Below, piece by piece: positions 52,279 to 64,000 of a DNA stretch of 64,000 bases. The DNA is from Octopus sinensis (lineage: Eukaryota): assembly GCF_006345805.1 (NCBI RefSeq), contig NC_043016.1, positions 1,116,001-1,180,000 of the forward strand, read 5' to 3'. The notes beneath the pieces were generated by a model, which was not told where the DNA came from, made no database searches, and saw only the letters and a program-made list of their open reading frames with translations. A program made the translations under genes and the position numbers. Each line of letters starts with the position of its first letter. The stretch's first letter is position 1.

Positions 52279-52789
52279 ATAAATTGACTCAATAAATATC
52301 TGATTCGTAATATTTGTTCTCATGATTGTGTGGTGGTGGTGGTGGCGAAAATAATTCTCTCTATGAATGCAGACAGACGTAGAGAGAGAGAGAGAGAGAG
52401 GATGTGGAAGAAAGAGTGAAAGCGGCGGGGGAAAGATAGTAGACGCTGTCAAACGCCGTTATAGAGAGAATGTGAAAGGAAGGGGGAAAGAGAGAGACAG
52501 AGGAAGACAGGCAGATAAGAGAATGAGAGAAGACTGAAATCTGCATACGCGTTTTAAACACCTGAATTTGGTTTTATTTTAGTCTAGCTAATTTTCGCAC
52601 ATATCAGTGATCAGTTTATTGATTTCTATATTTGCCCGAATATTTCGACTGAGTTCGAAATATCCAGAGGTGTTCGTCACCGAGGAGAGTAAAATGCGGC
52701 GAAACTGTTTGATGGTCATCAATCCATCAATCTTTCTATCTATCCATTCATCAATCCATTCATTCTGCCGGCCATTCATCTATCTATCT

Positions 52790-52880
52790 TATTTCTTTAT
52801 TGCCCACAAGGGGCTAAACATAGAGGGGACAAACAAGAACAGACAAAGGGATCAGTGCGCAACTGGTACTTAATTTATCG
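52790..52880 (-). mobile_element. 3' tail fragment of the 23066-type SINE
   Basis: Reverse complement: aaattaagtaccagttgcgcactg...gtttagccccttgtgggcaataaagaaataag. Confidence 0.7.
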
Positions 52881-53069
52881 AGTACGATACGGGGAAAGGC
52901 AATCTATCTATCTATTTATTGGCCAGTCAGTTTGTTTGTCTATCTGCCTGTCTGTCAATCCAGCTACTTACCTATTTATCTGTGAATCTATCTACCTATA
53001 TATATGTTTATCTATCATTTATCTATATATGTACATATACATATACATGCATATATCATCTTGATCACC

Positions 53070-53986
53070 TTGAACGATCAGACTGTCGAGTGTCACTTTG
53101 ATACTGCTGGTCACAGCACACAGTCCATTCCTCTCTGGATCGTGCCTTCCTCATCCTAACGTTTGCCTTATTTCGTCGACGCACCGTTTTGGAGCCTTCC
53201 GAGTGGCCTCTTCCGCTCGAGTGGATACCATTCAACAACTGTGCGAGTCCACCGATTATCAGTGAGCCGAGCCCATCTGAACTTCTGCCTTCTCTATTCA
53301 ATGATGATGTCTCTCACGCCAGATTTTCTCTGATCCCTCTGCTTCCAGAATCAACCTTTCCGTAGCTCTTTAACTAGTTACCAGCCTCTGCTACTCTCTC
53401 TTCGCCGTGGCCCAGGTTTCACTTCCGTACAAAATTGCAGGTGCCATTGAAAAGGTTGAAAAGGTTGGCAGCATTTAGCCTATCCAACTTACCTTTGAAT
53501 ACATTTTCGATGGAGTTGAACGCTTTGCAGCCGACTCTTATTCTTTGCGAGATTTCCTCCATGTCTCAGTGCATATTCAACACTTGTGCAAGGTAGACGT
53601 ATTCGTCCACCTCTTCTATTTCATCGTCTCCGCCCACTATTCAGCATAGTGGTTTTCATGCGGTTCATTTTGAGGCATACCTCCGAGCTTCTGATGTCCA
53701 GTTCCGTCAGCATGGTCTGCAGTTGATCTGTAGTCTCGGCGATGAGCACGATGTCGTCCGCTCCGGGAAATCCTCACCGAACGACTTAGTCCCTATCTGG
53801 ACTAATTAGTCGTTGAAGTAGCAAGGAGTCGAGACACAATACATTCACCTTCTCAAAGGGGCGAATTCTGAATGCATCACAGGTCAAACAAGGAGACATC
53901 AGCTCTCTGAAACTCTTCACGTTGTCTCTCGAGCAGATCATCAATAACATCAACTGGCAAGGTGGCATGAACATCAACGGCAAGCC
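53070..53986 (-). mobile_element. RTE-clade LINE fragment with an inverted 5' segment
   Basis: Minus strand from 53761 downward reads ADDIVLIA and later YGSETWA. Plus strand 53762-53986 reads VKQGD...INWQGGMNINGK. Confidence 0.75.
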
Positions 53987-54015
53987 ATACACACACACAC
54001 ACACCACACACACAC

Positions 54016-54082
<67 letters not shown>

Positions 54083-54093
54083 TATATATATAC

Positions 54094-54245
54094 ACGATAG
54101 ACTTCTTTCAGTTTCTGTCTACCAAATACACTCACAAGAATTTGGTCGGCCCGAAGCTGCAGCAGAAGACACTTGCTCATAGTGCCACGCAGTGGGGCTG
54201 AATCCGGAACCATGTGACTGGGAAACAAGTTTCTTACTACACAGG
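54094..54245 (-). mobile_element. SINE 5' fragment (24792 family)
   Basis: Reverse-complement similarity to 24805-24960. Confidence 0.7.
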
Positions 54246-54369
54246 TGTGAACATGTGCATTACCACACAGGTAGGAACCTGTGCCTATAAATACAATGAA
54301 ATACAAAGAAACAGGAAAGAAGAAAGGTAAGAAACGAAAAGTGGGCATAGTAGCGGAAGATGGAGAGGG

Positions 54370-54890
54370 AGGATGCGATGGGCTACATTTCGGCCTGCAT
54401 CTTTTACCCTGCAGCCTTACCGCAATTTGGTTTCCCCGACACGCCGCTGTGGTTGACATGATCAGAAGGAAACTTTACGCGGCTATCTCCTCGTCTCAAG
54501 TTGAGCCAGCAAGTATCGACCGCAGGGACGGTAAGCGCCCCGACGGGATAGCCCTCTTCCCATTCAAAGGAGGAAAATCTCTAGTCTAAAACGTGACGTG
54601 CGGCAAAGCCTTCTCTGTATCCAACATTGTAGCATCACCTGCAAATCCTAGTTCCGCCGCCCAAAATACAGGTGCTTGACCGGTAGCTATCAGTTTGTGC
54701 TACTCGACGACGAAACGTTATGTGTTCTAGAACACCGATTTCATCTGCAAAATAGGGATAACAGTGGCCCGTCGGAGAAATGAGCCCCGCGAGGTGGAGT
54801 GGTTGCTGCAGCAAGTGTCGCTTGCCATTCCCCGCGGCAAGACTATCACAGTCATTATCGCGGGTCGCAGCTGAGCACCAAAAAGAATTG
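54370..54890 (+). mobile_element. 3' fragment of an RLE-type (CRE-like) non-LTR retrotransposon
   Basis: DGLH..C......RHAAVVDMIRRKL...EP...RRDGKRPDG...PFKGGKSLV*NVTC...QQVSLAIPRG. This is a zinc-knuckle remnant plus a PD-(D/E)xK-type RLE signature. Confidence 0.7.
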
Positions 54891-54916
54891 TCACTCCAAG
54901 TGATAATACAACATAA

Positions 54917-54933
54917 CACACACACACACACGC

Positions 54934-55020
<87 letters not shown>

Positions 55021-55021
55021 A
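54917..55021. repeat. (CA)n(CT)n compound microsatellite
   Basis: Dinucleotide repeats. Confidence 0.95.
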
Positions 55022-55587
55022 AGGCGGTCAAGTTAAACAATTTCTTTCTTCTCACTATACTAACTAATCGCTAATTTATCCAACTTCATGTTTTGCATCC
55101 TCCTTGTTCCTTTTTTTAATGCAATCTTTCGAAAGTGTTTCTATTTCTATTATTTTCTTTGTTTTTATTCTTTTATTTTGTCTTATTTGATTTGTTTCAC
55201 TCTATTCGTCTATTTGCAGGTGTTCCTCTATCTAAGTGAACCATATATGTGTATATTTGCAAACGTCAAGTCTATATTTGTGAGTACATGCATTAAGTAA
55301 ATTTGTACATATCAGAGACCAAACAGTTTCTGTAAGCAGAGCTATGAAAAGGGATACACATACATAAATACATACTTTACATTACCTTACATTATACATT
55401 TATATATTTTTGTCTATCCATTTATCTATCCGTGTATTTATCTATGTATGTATATATGTAACTATTTATCTATCAATCGATCGATCGATCCATACATCTG
55501 TCAATCTGTCTCTCTGAGGTCTGTCTATCTTCCTACCTACCTATCAATCTATCAGTCTGTCTATCGGTCAATCTATCTAACTACCAC

Positions 55588-55725
<138 letters not shown>

Positions 55726-58700
55726 GACGGACGTGCTGTCGTTTCGGCTCCGAAGGTAATCGTTTATTTTAACTATTTATAGCCCATATTTTGTGTACAT
55801 TTTTGCAAATAAGGTGTGTAAGGCACCCAACTTTCGTTTGAGTGTTTTCCAAGGGAGGAATTCGCCCCTAGGGGCAGTTTCAACCCCATTTCATTTCTGT
55901 AATTTTCTTCTCGACATTAGAAAATGTAGAGAAAGTTTACTGTAGAACGCTGGTCGCGTTCCTTTATGGACCAGCATTTTCCTAGTTTGGAAACGCTAGG
56001 AGAAGAAAAAAGAACTCATGCACGCAAAGTGCAAACATGAATATCGTTGGAATGAACGCTGCAACCACGTGCGGTAACAGCCCTGTCACCACCACCACCA
56101 CCACCACCACTAACAACAGCAACCACGAGACTACTACTGCTACCACCACCACCTCCACCTCCACCACCACCACCACCAACATAAATGATAAAAATAAAAC
56201 TCACACGAAAACTATTGACAAAAACAACAGCAACAACAAGAACAACAATAAAAATGAACTATCTAATAGTGAAGATGTTAATATAACAGAATTAACAACA
56301 CCAACAAATTTCGCTGACACTCTGCGTCAGAAGAAACAGATTATACATTTCACGAACGAAGAACTTTTAGAAACAAATCTCTCTTCACAAACAGAGGGCA
56401 ATGTTTAGTGCTACATACACCTCAACACATAAGCAAGAAATAGAAAATAAGACAATTATATAAAATTATAAGGAAAAACAAAAAACTAAACGAACAGATT
56501 ACAAAAACAGATGTAGAAAATGCTAAAAAACATAATGAAAGAAAAAGAATATATAACTGGGGTCCCCAGTTTAACACAGTAGTGGTCCGCTTCCCTAAAC
56601 AGGAAGTGGCAAAAGCTCACTCTACTGAGTCTCTGGGAATGATGAAGTCATCATGGTCCCATACTATAAAAACCAGAGAGTGAGTCGAATCACTATTAAA
56701 AATGTACCTCCCGAAATTCCTAACAAATGGATAACAGGGGCAATCTGTTACCATTTAAAAAATATCAACATTTTGGAAACCGCCGTGTACCTTGGCGACA
56801 TTTGGGGTGGGAAGACAATAGTGGTGACCATACAGATTGAGGGGGCCTCTATCGAGAGCCTACCGGATAAGATCCACTTGGAAAATGGGCAATGCCTATA
56901 TGTTGTAGCAGAAGGCAAAGAGCCTAGATGCTACAACTCTGGCAGCCCCGAACATTTAATTGCCAAGTGCGCTCTGGTACAGAAAAAACAAGAAAGAACA
57001 AATCAGAAAACAAATAAAAAAACCCTTGTTGCCAACACCAACACCAACACCAACACCAACACACTCAATTATGGAACAATGCCAAGAAAAACAACAAACC
57101 AGCAAACAAACCCCAACAACATCACCAAGAAAAGAAACAGTACCAACACAATCACCATTGACGTCACAACCAATTCAACATGTCGAATCAACAAAAAATA
57201 GACCAACACCCACACCGAGGACGACAATTAAAAAGATAGAAAACAGTCACGAGAAGACAAATTCTACCCCTAACACCACAACAACACAAACACCGCAAAA
57301 ACATCAACAATTTTTACAAGCATACATAGTAATGCAAATGCTTTGCCTTTACCTTCTACTGATACGTCGGACGACGAAAGTTCGACGGAATAGCAAATAG
57401 CCACAGAGGGTAAAAGGAAAAGATCCAAAAAATCCACCAAACAAGGAGGTAAAGCAGGGAGATATCTAACTCCGGACAACATCCCCCAAGACAATCAAAA
57501 AAGCAATGAAACCGTAAAACCACACACACAACTAACTGCAATAGACACAGACAATAAAGAATTAATGGACTACATCACATCCAGCACGGTCATCTGTGAA
57601 GATGACTTTAAGACAAACAATCATCCGCACACCACACCACCGAAACACATCAGAATTTTACACATAACACAAGCACAACACCACATACTGAAAACAATAT
57701 TTCCGAATGCGGTAGGCGGTTTTCAACGATACCTGTCGAAAAAAACTATACAAACACCTCATCAAAAACAATACAAAAGAAGAAGAAAAAAATGAAACTT
57801 TTAAAATGAGAAAGTGACCTCCCCTCTTGCCTCTTGTCTCTTAATGTAGTGTGTAAAACACAATCTTCGTAAATGTCAAGTATGCTTAAATTAGGTTGTG
57901 TGAATGCGCGTGGCTTGGCGTCGGCTTGGAAGCAAGGTTACCTTCTAAACGACATCAAGTCACTGAATGTGGATATAGTAGCTATCAGTGAAACCAGACT
58001 CAGTAAGCCGCGGGCCCTCGAGTCCATGTTTGGCAATCAATTTGACATTTATTTTTCTCCCTGTCTACCGAACATGGGTGGTGGTGGTGGAGGTACCGCG
58101 GTGCTTTTTCGAAAGAGTTAAAGGTAAAAATAAGAGCAATATCCTAGACCCGGAGGGTAGGATGGTTGTCTTGGACGTGGATGGCAGAAATGGGTGTGCA
58201 TTCCGTCTGATGGCAGTTTATGCACCGTCCTTAACGGGTCGGGCGGATTTCTTCAGACGTCTAGAGGGTTTCCTCTGGGTACGTCTAGACATTTACTGTT
58301 AGTAGGGGATTGGAACGTCTGAACACGCATCTAGATTATGGGGAAGGGATAGGAATAGAAGGGGGTGTAAGAGCCTCAAAGACCTGCTCAGACGTTTCCA
58401 TTTGTCTGACAGGTTCCGACACGACCATCCGAACGTGCCAACGTGGACTTGGACAAACCGCGTCGGATCGTCGAGATCTTATCTAGATAGAATTCTATGC
58501 AGGACAGCGGATAGGGATAGTGTAGGATGTCCACAATTTAAAATAGTCAGCTACACAGATCACAAATTTGTTACGTGTACGCTCGACTTAGATAAAACAC
58601 ATAGGCAGGGTCCCGGTTACTGGAAACTGAACACGTCGCTGTTAGCGCGACAGGTTTACAGGAACCGGATTAGCGAGTTAATTAAGAGGGCGCTGACGGG

Positions 58701-61599
58701 AGTCGTCGTTAACAACCGTGGTGTTCGCCCTGAAAATGGCAATAAAATCGGAATCAATTAGGTTTAGCAAGGAATTAGCGATAGAACGAAATAGAGTAGA
58801 GGGAGACTTGGTTAAGAAACTAGAAGAGGTACTTACCACTGGCAGCGCAACCAACGTGCTGGCTGCGAGGATGGCCCTCGACCAACACCTCAACGCCAAG
58901 CACGAAGGTTGCGTCGTCAGAGCTACAATGCGTGCCTTAAGGAACGAAGGGATCGAAGCTGCGCGAGAGGTCCGGGTAGCGGAGGCGCAGCGTGGCAACA
59001 GAGCCACCATTCGGTCTCTAATAGATCAACAGGGATGCAGTTTACTCGAACTCGAAAGGATGTGTGAGGCCTTTCAACAGCACTTTGTTCGACTGTTTGG
59101 TGCGAGTGGTGGGTCGGAACGCGGGATGGATTTGAGTGCCTACCTGTCCGACCTGCCGCGGCTCTCGGCAAGAGAAGTGGAGTGTTGTGAAAGACCGATC
59201 ACAGCCGCTGACGTGTGGGGTGCGATGGTGGGCTGCGTGAGGGATAAGTCGCCTGGATTGGATGGTTTACCCTACGAGCTGTATTGTCGAATGCCAGACT
59301 TGTTTGGCGACCTCTTGGCATCAGTCTACTGCAACTGGCAACAAAACGGGAGAATCCCCGGTCTCGTGAGCCGAGGTGCAGTAACGTTGCTGAAGAAAGA
59401 CCCAAACAAGGGGAATTTTATAGATAATTTCAGGCCCATCACTCTGCTCAACGCAGATTTGAAATTTTGGCCAAAGTAATAGTCGAAAGGTTGGCGCTTA
59501 TCATTGGTAAACTGGTCGACAGGGCGCAAACATGCGCAGTGCCGGGCAGAACCATACATGACAACCTCCATCTGATGCGCTACATTGTGGACAGGGTAGT
59601 AAGGATCCTGGCTGCATGGGTGGGGCGCTGATCAATTTGGATCAGTCTAAAGCCTTCGATAGGGTCGACCATCGGTACTTGGCGGCCGTCCTCAGGGCGG
59701 CTGGCTTCGGTCCCGTCTTCCGCGGTTGGATCGCTGCCTTGTTATAGCGGCATCCGATCGGTGATCGGGTGAATGGTCACCTGTCGAAACCGTTTGACAT
59801 CACGCGTTCGGTCCGTCAGGGGTGTTCCCTGTCGGCGCTTCTGTATGTATTGACTCTCGACCCGCACTACTGCGGAAGCTGTCGATACGAGGGGCATCCC
59901 ACGGGAACTGGGTTGCGGGACGAGCGTGTCGGCATATGCGGACGATGTCACCGTCATAGTGTCGAGCGACAAACACATCAAGATGATAGGCGAGACACTA
60001 AGAAAATACGAAACGGTGACGGGAGCAAAAATAACCCGGAAAAGTCAGTGGGTTGCTACTCGGCACCTGGAGAAGCAAGCCCATGCCGTCCGACTGCGGC
60101 TCAGTAGTGGGACGCTGGACGGACGGACGGTTTAAATTGCTCGGGGTCTGGTTCAGTCCGGACCTCCAAATGGATAAGAACTGGACGAGATCACGAGTAG
60201 AGTGGTCGCTCTCAGTCAAACATGGGCCGAGAGAAAGCTAGCTATCTCTAAAAGGCCGGGCGGAGGTGGCGAACGCGTACATAGCATCCGTCATCGATTA
60301 ATGCCTGATCGTCGTACCTTGTCCCGACGCCACTATCACCAAACTGGAACACATACTCTTCCGCTTCCTGTGGAAAGGTGGCGTTCCGATGGTGAGGAAG
60401 TCCATTTGCTGTCAACATCCGTTGAATGGAGGACTAGGCATGCCGTGGTTGATGATGCGCATGCATGCGCTGAGACTGCGACATCTCTGGAACTTCATCG
60501 ACGACGTGAACAGGTGTGGGCGCCGTTTGTGAGGCGCGACTTCCCGCAGCTCGTCTCACTGACCGAACTGCAAACGTGGATCAAAAAGAGACCGAAACTG
60601 GGCGATTGGCACCGAGAGTGTCGCCAAGCTCTACAGCAGCTCTGCCGACCGGGGTCAAACTTGTGCAACTTACAAACGACTAAAGCGTTCCATAGAGGAC
60701 TAGTGGAGGGGAGGTCCGACGACACACTCGGGGCAAACCTGGGCGTCGACGAGAAATTCCTAACCCGCCTGTTCAGGACGACGTTCGGGCCGGGGCCTAT
60801 GGATAACTTCCAGAAATCCCTGGCTTGGCAGTGCTATCGAGACGCACTACCTGTTCGAGAGAAGAGCTACAGACACGGTTCGAAAACCATCACCGGACCG
60901 ACCTGCCCGAGATGCGGTTAGAGCGACGAGACCGTTCAGCACGCACTCGTGCAGTGTCCAGATATTTCAGAGCTGTGGTCCTTCGTCGAACAGCTGTTGT
61001 CACGTGTAGGTCGGGCTCGCCTATCGGCCGAGTATATCGTCAATATTGTTCCACCACCTTCCTTTAAACGGGAAGGGAAAACGGTTTTCGTTACGCTGAT
61101 GGCTATGGCGAAAGAATGTGTGTGGTGGACGCGTTTGAAAGGACTGTAAACAAACACCTTCCTCTCTGGTCAGTCTCTCGTCAACTTTTTCAAGTACCAC
61201 TTGAAAAGGAGGATGAGAATAGAGAGGAAGTCTTTGTCGAACGAATGTTTTAATAAAAAGTGGGTAAAAGTTGCAAAAATGGTCAGTATGAAAGACGACA
61301 CAATTTTAAGCATAAATCTGTAACCAAAAGAGACAACGAGAAGTAAGGCGACTTACTCATGTGTTCTTTTTCGAATTGTCTGAGGTGACCTTGGTCTTTT
61401 TTGTAGGTTTTTCTTTCCAAGGCTACACCTAAACTGTGAACCTTATATATATATATATATTGCCTTTTTATACACCACACAACCCACAGATCCCTATTGA
61501 TCAAACGTTTTTTTTTGTGCCCCACGAAAAGAAAAAATTCTACATTGTATTTCGTCCATTTTTATTCTGTGTTTAGCCCTGTGTGGCTACAATAAAAAG

Positions 61600-61600
<1 letters not shown>
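55726..61600 (+). mobile_element. Tx1-like LINE copy H, full length, divergent subfamily
   Basis: 5' UTR like B, ORF1 56037-~57815, ORF2 57882-61323, 3' end AATAAAAAGT|TATC. Confidence 0.92.
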
Positions 61601-61659
<59 letters not shown>

Positions 61660-61660
61660 G

Positions 61661-61719
<59 letters not shown>

Positions 61720-61780
61720 TTACCTATCTATCTATCTGCATATCTATACATATATCTATCTATCTACACATCTATCTATC
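61601..61780 (+). repeat. (TATC)n spacer
   Basis: TATC repeat. Confidence 0.95.
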
Positions 61781-62403
61781 ACGCCTCCTTCCTTCAAACG
61801 GGAAGGAAGAGCTATTTTCATCTTACTTGTGGCTATGGCGAAAGAATGTATCTGGTTGACGCGTCTGAAAGGATTAGAGACAAACACTTTCCTCTCTGGT
61901 CAATCTCTCATCAACTTCTTCAAGTATCACTTGAAGAGGAAAGTGAAAATAGAGAGGCAAGTTTTGTCTAGTGAATGTTTTAAAAAAAAGATGGGTGAAT
62001 GTAGCAAGGATGGCACGTATGAATGACGAAGCCACCTTGAGTATTATCCTATGGACCCGGAAATTGAAAACAGAGGGTTACCTACTTGCAAACAAATGTT
62101 GTAATATGTAACAATATTGCCCGAGGTTACCGTGGTCCTTTCCGTAGGCTTTTCTTTCCATGGATAAGCCTTATCTGCTTCCCCCTTTACACCCTACATC
62201 ATGACACTGTGATACATGATCTCTATTGTTCGTTTTTTCTTTTCTTTTTTCTTTGCTTTATTTTCTTATATTTTTTTTCCTTTTCTTTTCTACGACCCCT
62301 TTTGATCGACAGCCTATTCCACATTTTTTTTCCTCAAAAAGAAAAATTCTACTTTGTAATTAGTCCCGTCTGTGTCCATCCCTGTGTTGCTAATAAAGAA
62401 ACA
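61781..62403 (+). mobile_element. Tx1-like LINE copy I, 5'-truncated
   Basis: TPPSFKREGRAIFILLVAMAKEC... plus a G-type 3' UTR ending AATAAAGAAACA|TATC. Confidence 0.92.
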
Positions 62404-62481
62404 TATCTATACATCTATCTGCCTATCTATTATATATATATATATATATATATATGCGCATGTGTGTGTACACACAGACAC

Positions 62482-62522
<41 letters not shown>

Positions 62523-62919
62523 TATACATGTATATATACATATATATGTATATGAATATATATGCATATATATAACACACATATATGTGTGTGTGTGTTT
62601 GTGTCTGTGTTTGTTCCCCCAACAACGATTGACAACTGCTGCTGGTGTGTTTACGTCCCCGTGACTTAGCGATTCGGCAAAAGAAGCGACAGAACAAGTA
62701 CTAGGCTTACAAAAAATAAGCCTCGGGGTCGATTTGCTCGACTAACGGCGGTACTCCAGCATGACTGCAGTCAAATGACTGAAACAGATAAAAGAATAAA
62801 AAGGATATATATATTGGATTAACTTTATATATATATATATATATATACCGGAGTAAACACATAAATGTGAAACAAGGTGGAAAAAAAGAGTACTCAAATA
62901 CCAGTGGTAGAGTAATATG

Positions 62920-63078
62920 CTTTATTTAAAGCAGCAGAAAATTCAACAAAATCTGTTACTCTGAGTTTCTCGTTGCCGTTCATCAGACAGTTTTTGTTAG
63001 AACAAAACTGTCTGATGAACAGCAACGAGAAACTCAGAGTAACAGATTTTGTTGAATTTTCTGCGGCTTTAAATAAAG
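62920..63078. mobile_element. Palindromic repeat carrying two inverted hammerhead-like cores, probably Penelope-like LTR derived
   Basis: CTTTATTTAAAGC...GCTTTAAATAAAG with ~75-bp arms. Each arm contains CTGATGA...GAAA...GTA. Confidence 0.7.
63003..63050 (+). ncRNA. Minimal type I hammerhead ribozyme-like motif
   Basis: Stem I ctgt/acag, core CTGATGA, stem II with a GCAA loop (imperfect), GAAA, stem III ACT-cag-AGT, GUA cleavage triplet. Confidence 0.55.
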
Positions 63079-63109
<31 letters not shown>

Positions 63110-63581
63110 TATGCGCATGTGTGTGTACACACAGACACGCAAACACACACACACCACACACACACACACACACACAAATATACATGTATATATACATATA
63201 TATGTATATGAATATATATGCATATATATATACACACATATATGTGTGTGTGTGTTTGTGTCTGTGTTTGTTCCCCCAACAACGATTGACAACTGCTGCT
63301 GGTGTGTTTACGTCCCCGTGACTTAGCGATTCGGCAAAAGAAGCGACAGAACAAGTACTAGGCTTACAAAAAATAAGCCTCGGGGTCGATTTGCTCGACT
63401 AACGGCGGTACTCCAGCATGACTGCAGTCAAATGACTGAAACAGATAAAAGAATAAAAAGGATATATATATTGGATTAACTTTATTATATATATATATAT
63501 AATACCGGAGTAAACACATAAATGTGAAACAAGGTGGAAAAAAAGAGTACTCAAATACCAGTGGTAGAGTAGAGTAATATG

Positions 63582-63740
63582 CTTTATTTAAAGCAGCAGA
63601 AAATTCAACAAAATCTGTTACTCTGAGTTTCTCGTTGCCGTTCATCAGACAGTTTTTGTTAGAACAAAAACTGTCTGATGAACAGCAACGAGAAACTCAG
63701 AGTAACAGATTTTGTTGAATTTTCTGCGGCTTTAAATAAA

Positions 63741-63741
<1 letters not shown>
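63582..63741. mobile_element. Second copy of the hammerhead-bearing palindrome
   Basis: Duplicate of 62920-63078. Confidence 0.7.
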
Positions 63742-63780
<39 letters not shown>

Positions 63781-64000
63781 TTGTGTGTGAGTGTGTATGT
63801 GTGTGTGTATACAAACATCCATAAATAAATGTAGAGTATTTTTTCATAACACACAGACACACACACAAAATGATAAGCTTTCACGATTAGAACGCAAACA
63901 ACATGTATTTCAGTATATAAATATAATATAAAATGAAAGTTAATTGAAAAATTAGAAGAGGAGGGGGAAAGAGGAGATGAGAGGAGGAGAAAGAGGAGGA

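Larger units (their letters stand above)
62454..63770. repeat. 657-bp tandem duplication (microsatellite, SINE 3' half, palindrome)
   Basis: ATGCGCATGTGTGTG at 62454 and 63111, near-identical units. Confidence 0.9.

Overview
Eukaryotic, AT-rich, repeat-dominated DNA with no recognisable host gene. The SINEs and microsatellites look cephalopod (Octopus-like) to me; that is recognition only, not a database result. About 40 kb is three head-to-tail arrays of Tx1/L1-clade non-LTR retrotransposons. Full copies have ORF1 with a CCHC knuckle and ORF2 with APE endonuclease, RT and a C-terminal zinc finger. Array 1 (+, 777-22460) holds a 3' stub plus copies A, B, C and D. Array 2 (-, 30464-44291) holds E, F and G. 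Array 3 (+, 55589-62403) holds H and I. Every visible copy junction lies in a (TATC)n/(GATA)n microsatellite with fixed polarity and no poly(A), so this looks like a GATA-microsatellite-targeting LINE family. Its 3' UTR carries a hairpin with compensatory base changes, and its last ~35-45 nt resemble the tail of a local SINE. Other notable items: an ORF1-only (HAL1-like) element inside a SINE head with a 16-bp TSD, an RTE fragment with twin-priming geometry, a CRE-like RLE fragment, a foldback MITE, and a palindrome carrying two minimal hammerhead-ribozyme cores. All LINE copies are frameshifted or truncated as assembled, and some homopolymer frameshifts may be sequencing error. There is a 100-N gap at 30364-30463. 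Coordinates were read by eye (about +/-5 nt). Novelty relative to Repbase/Dfam could not be checked.
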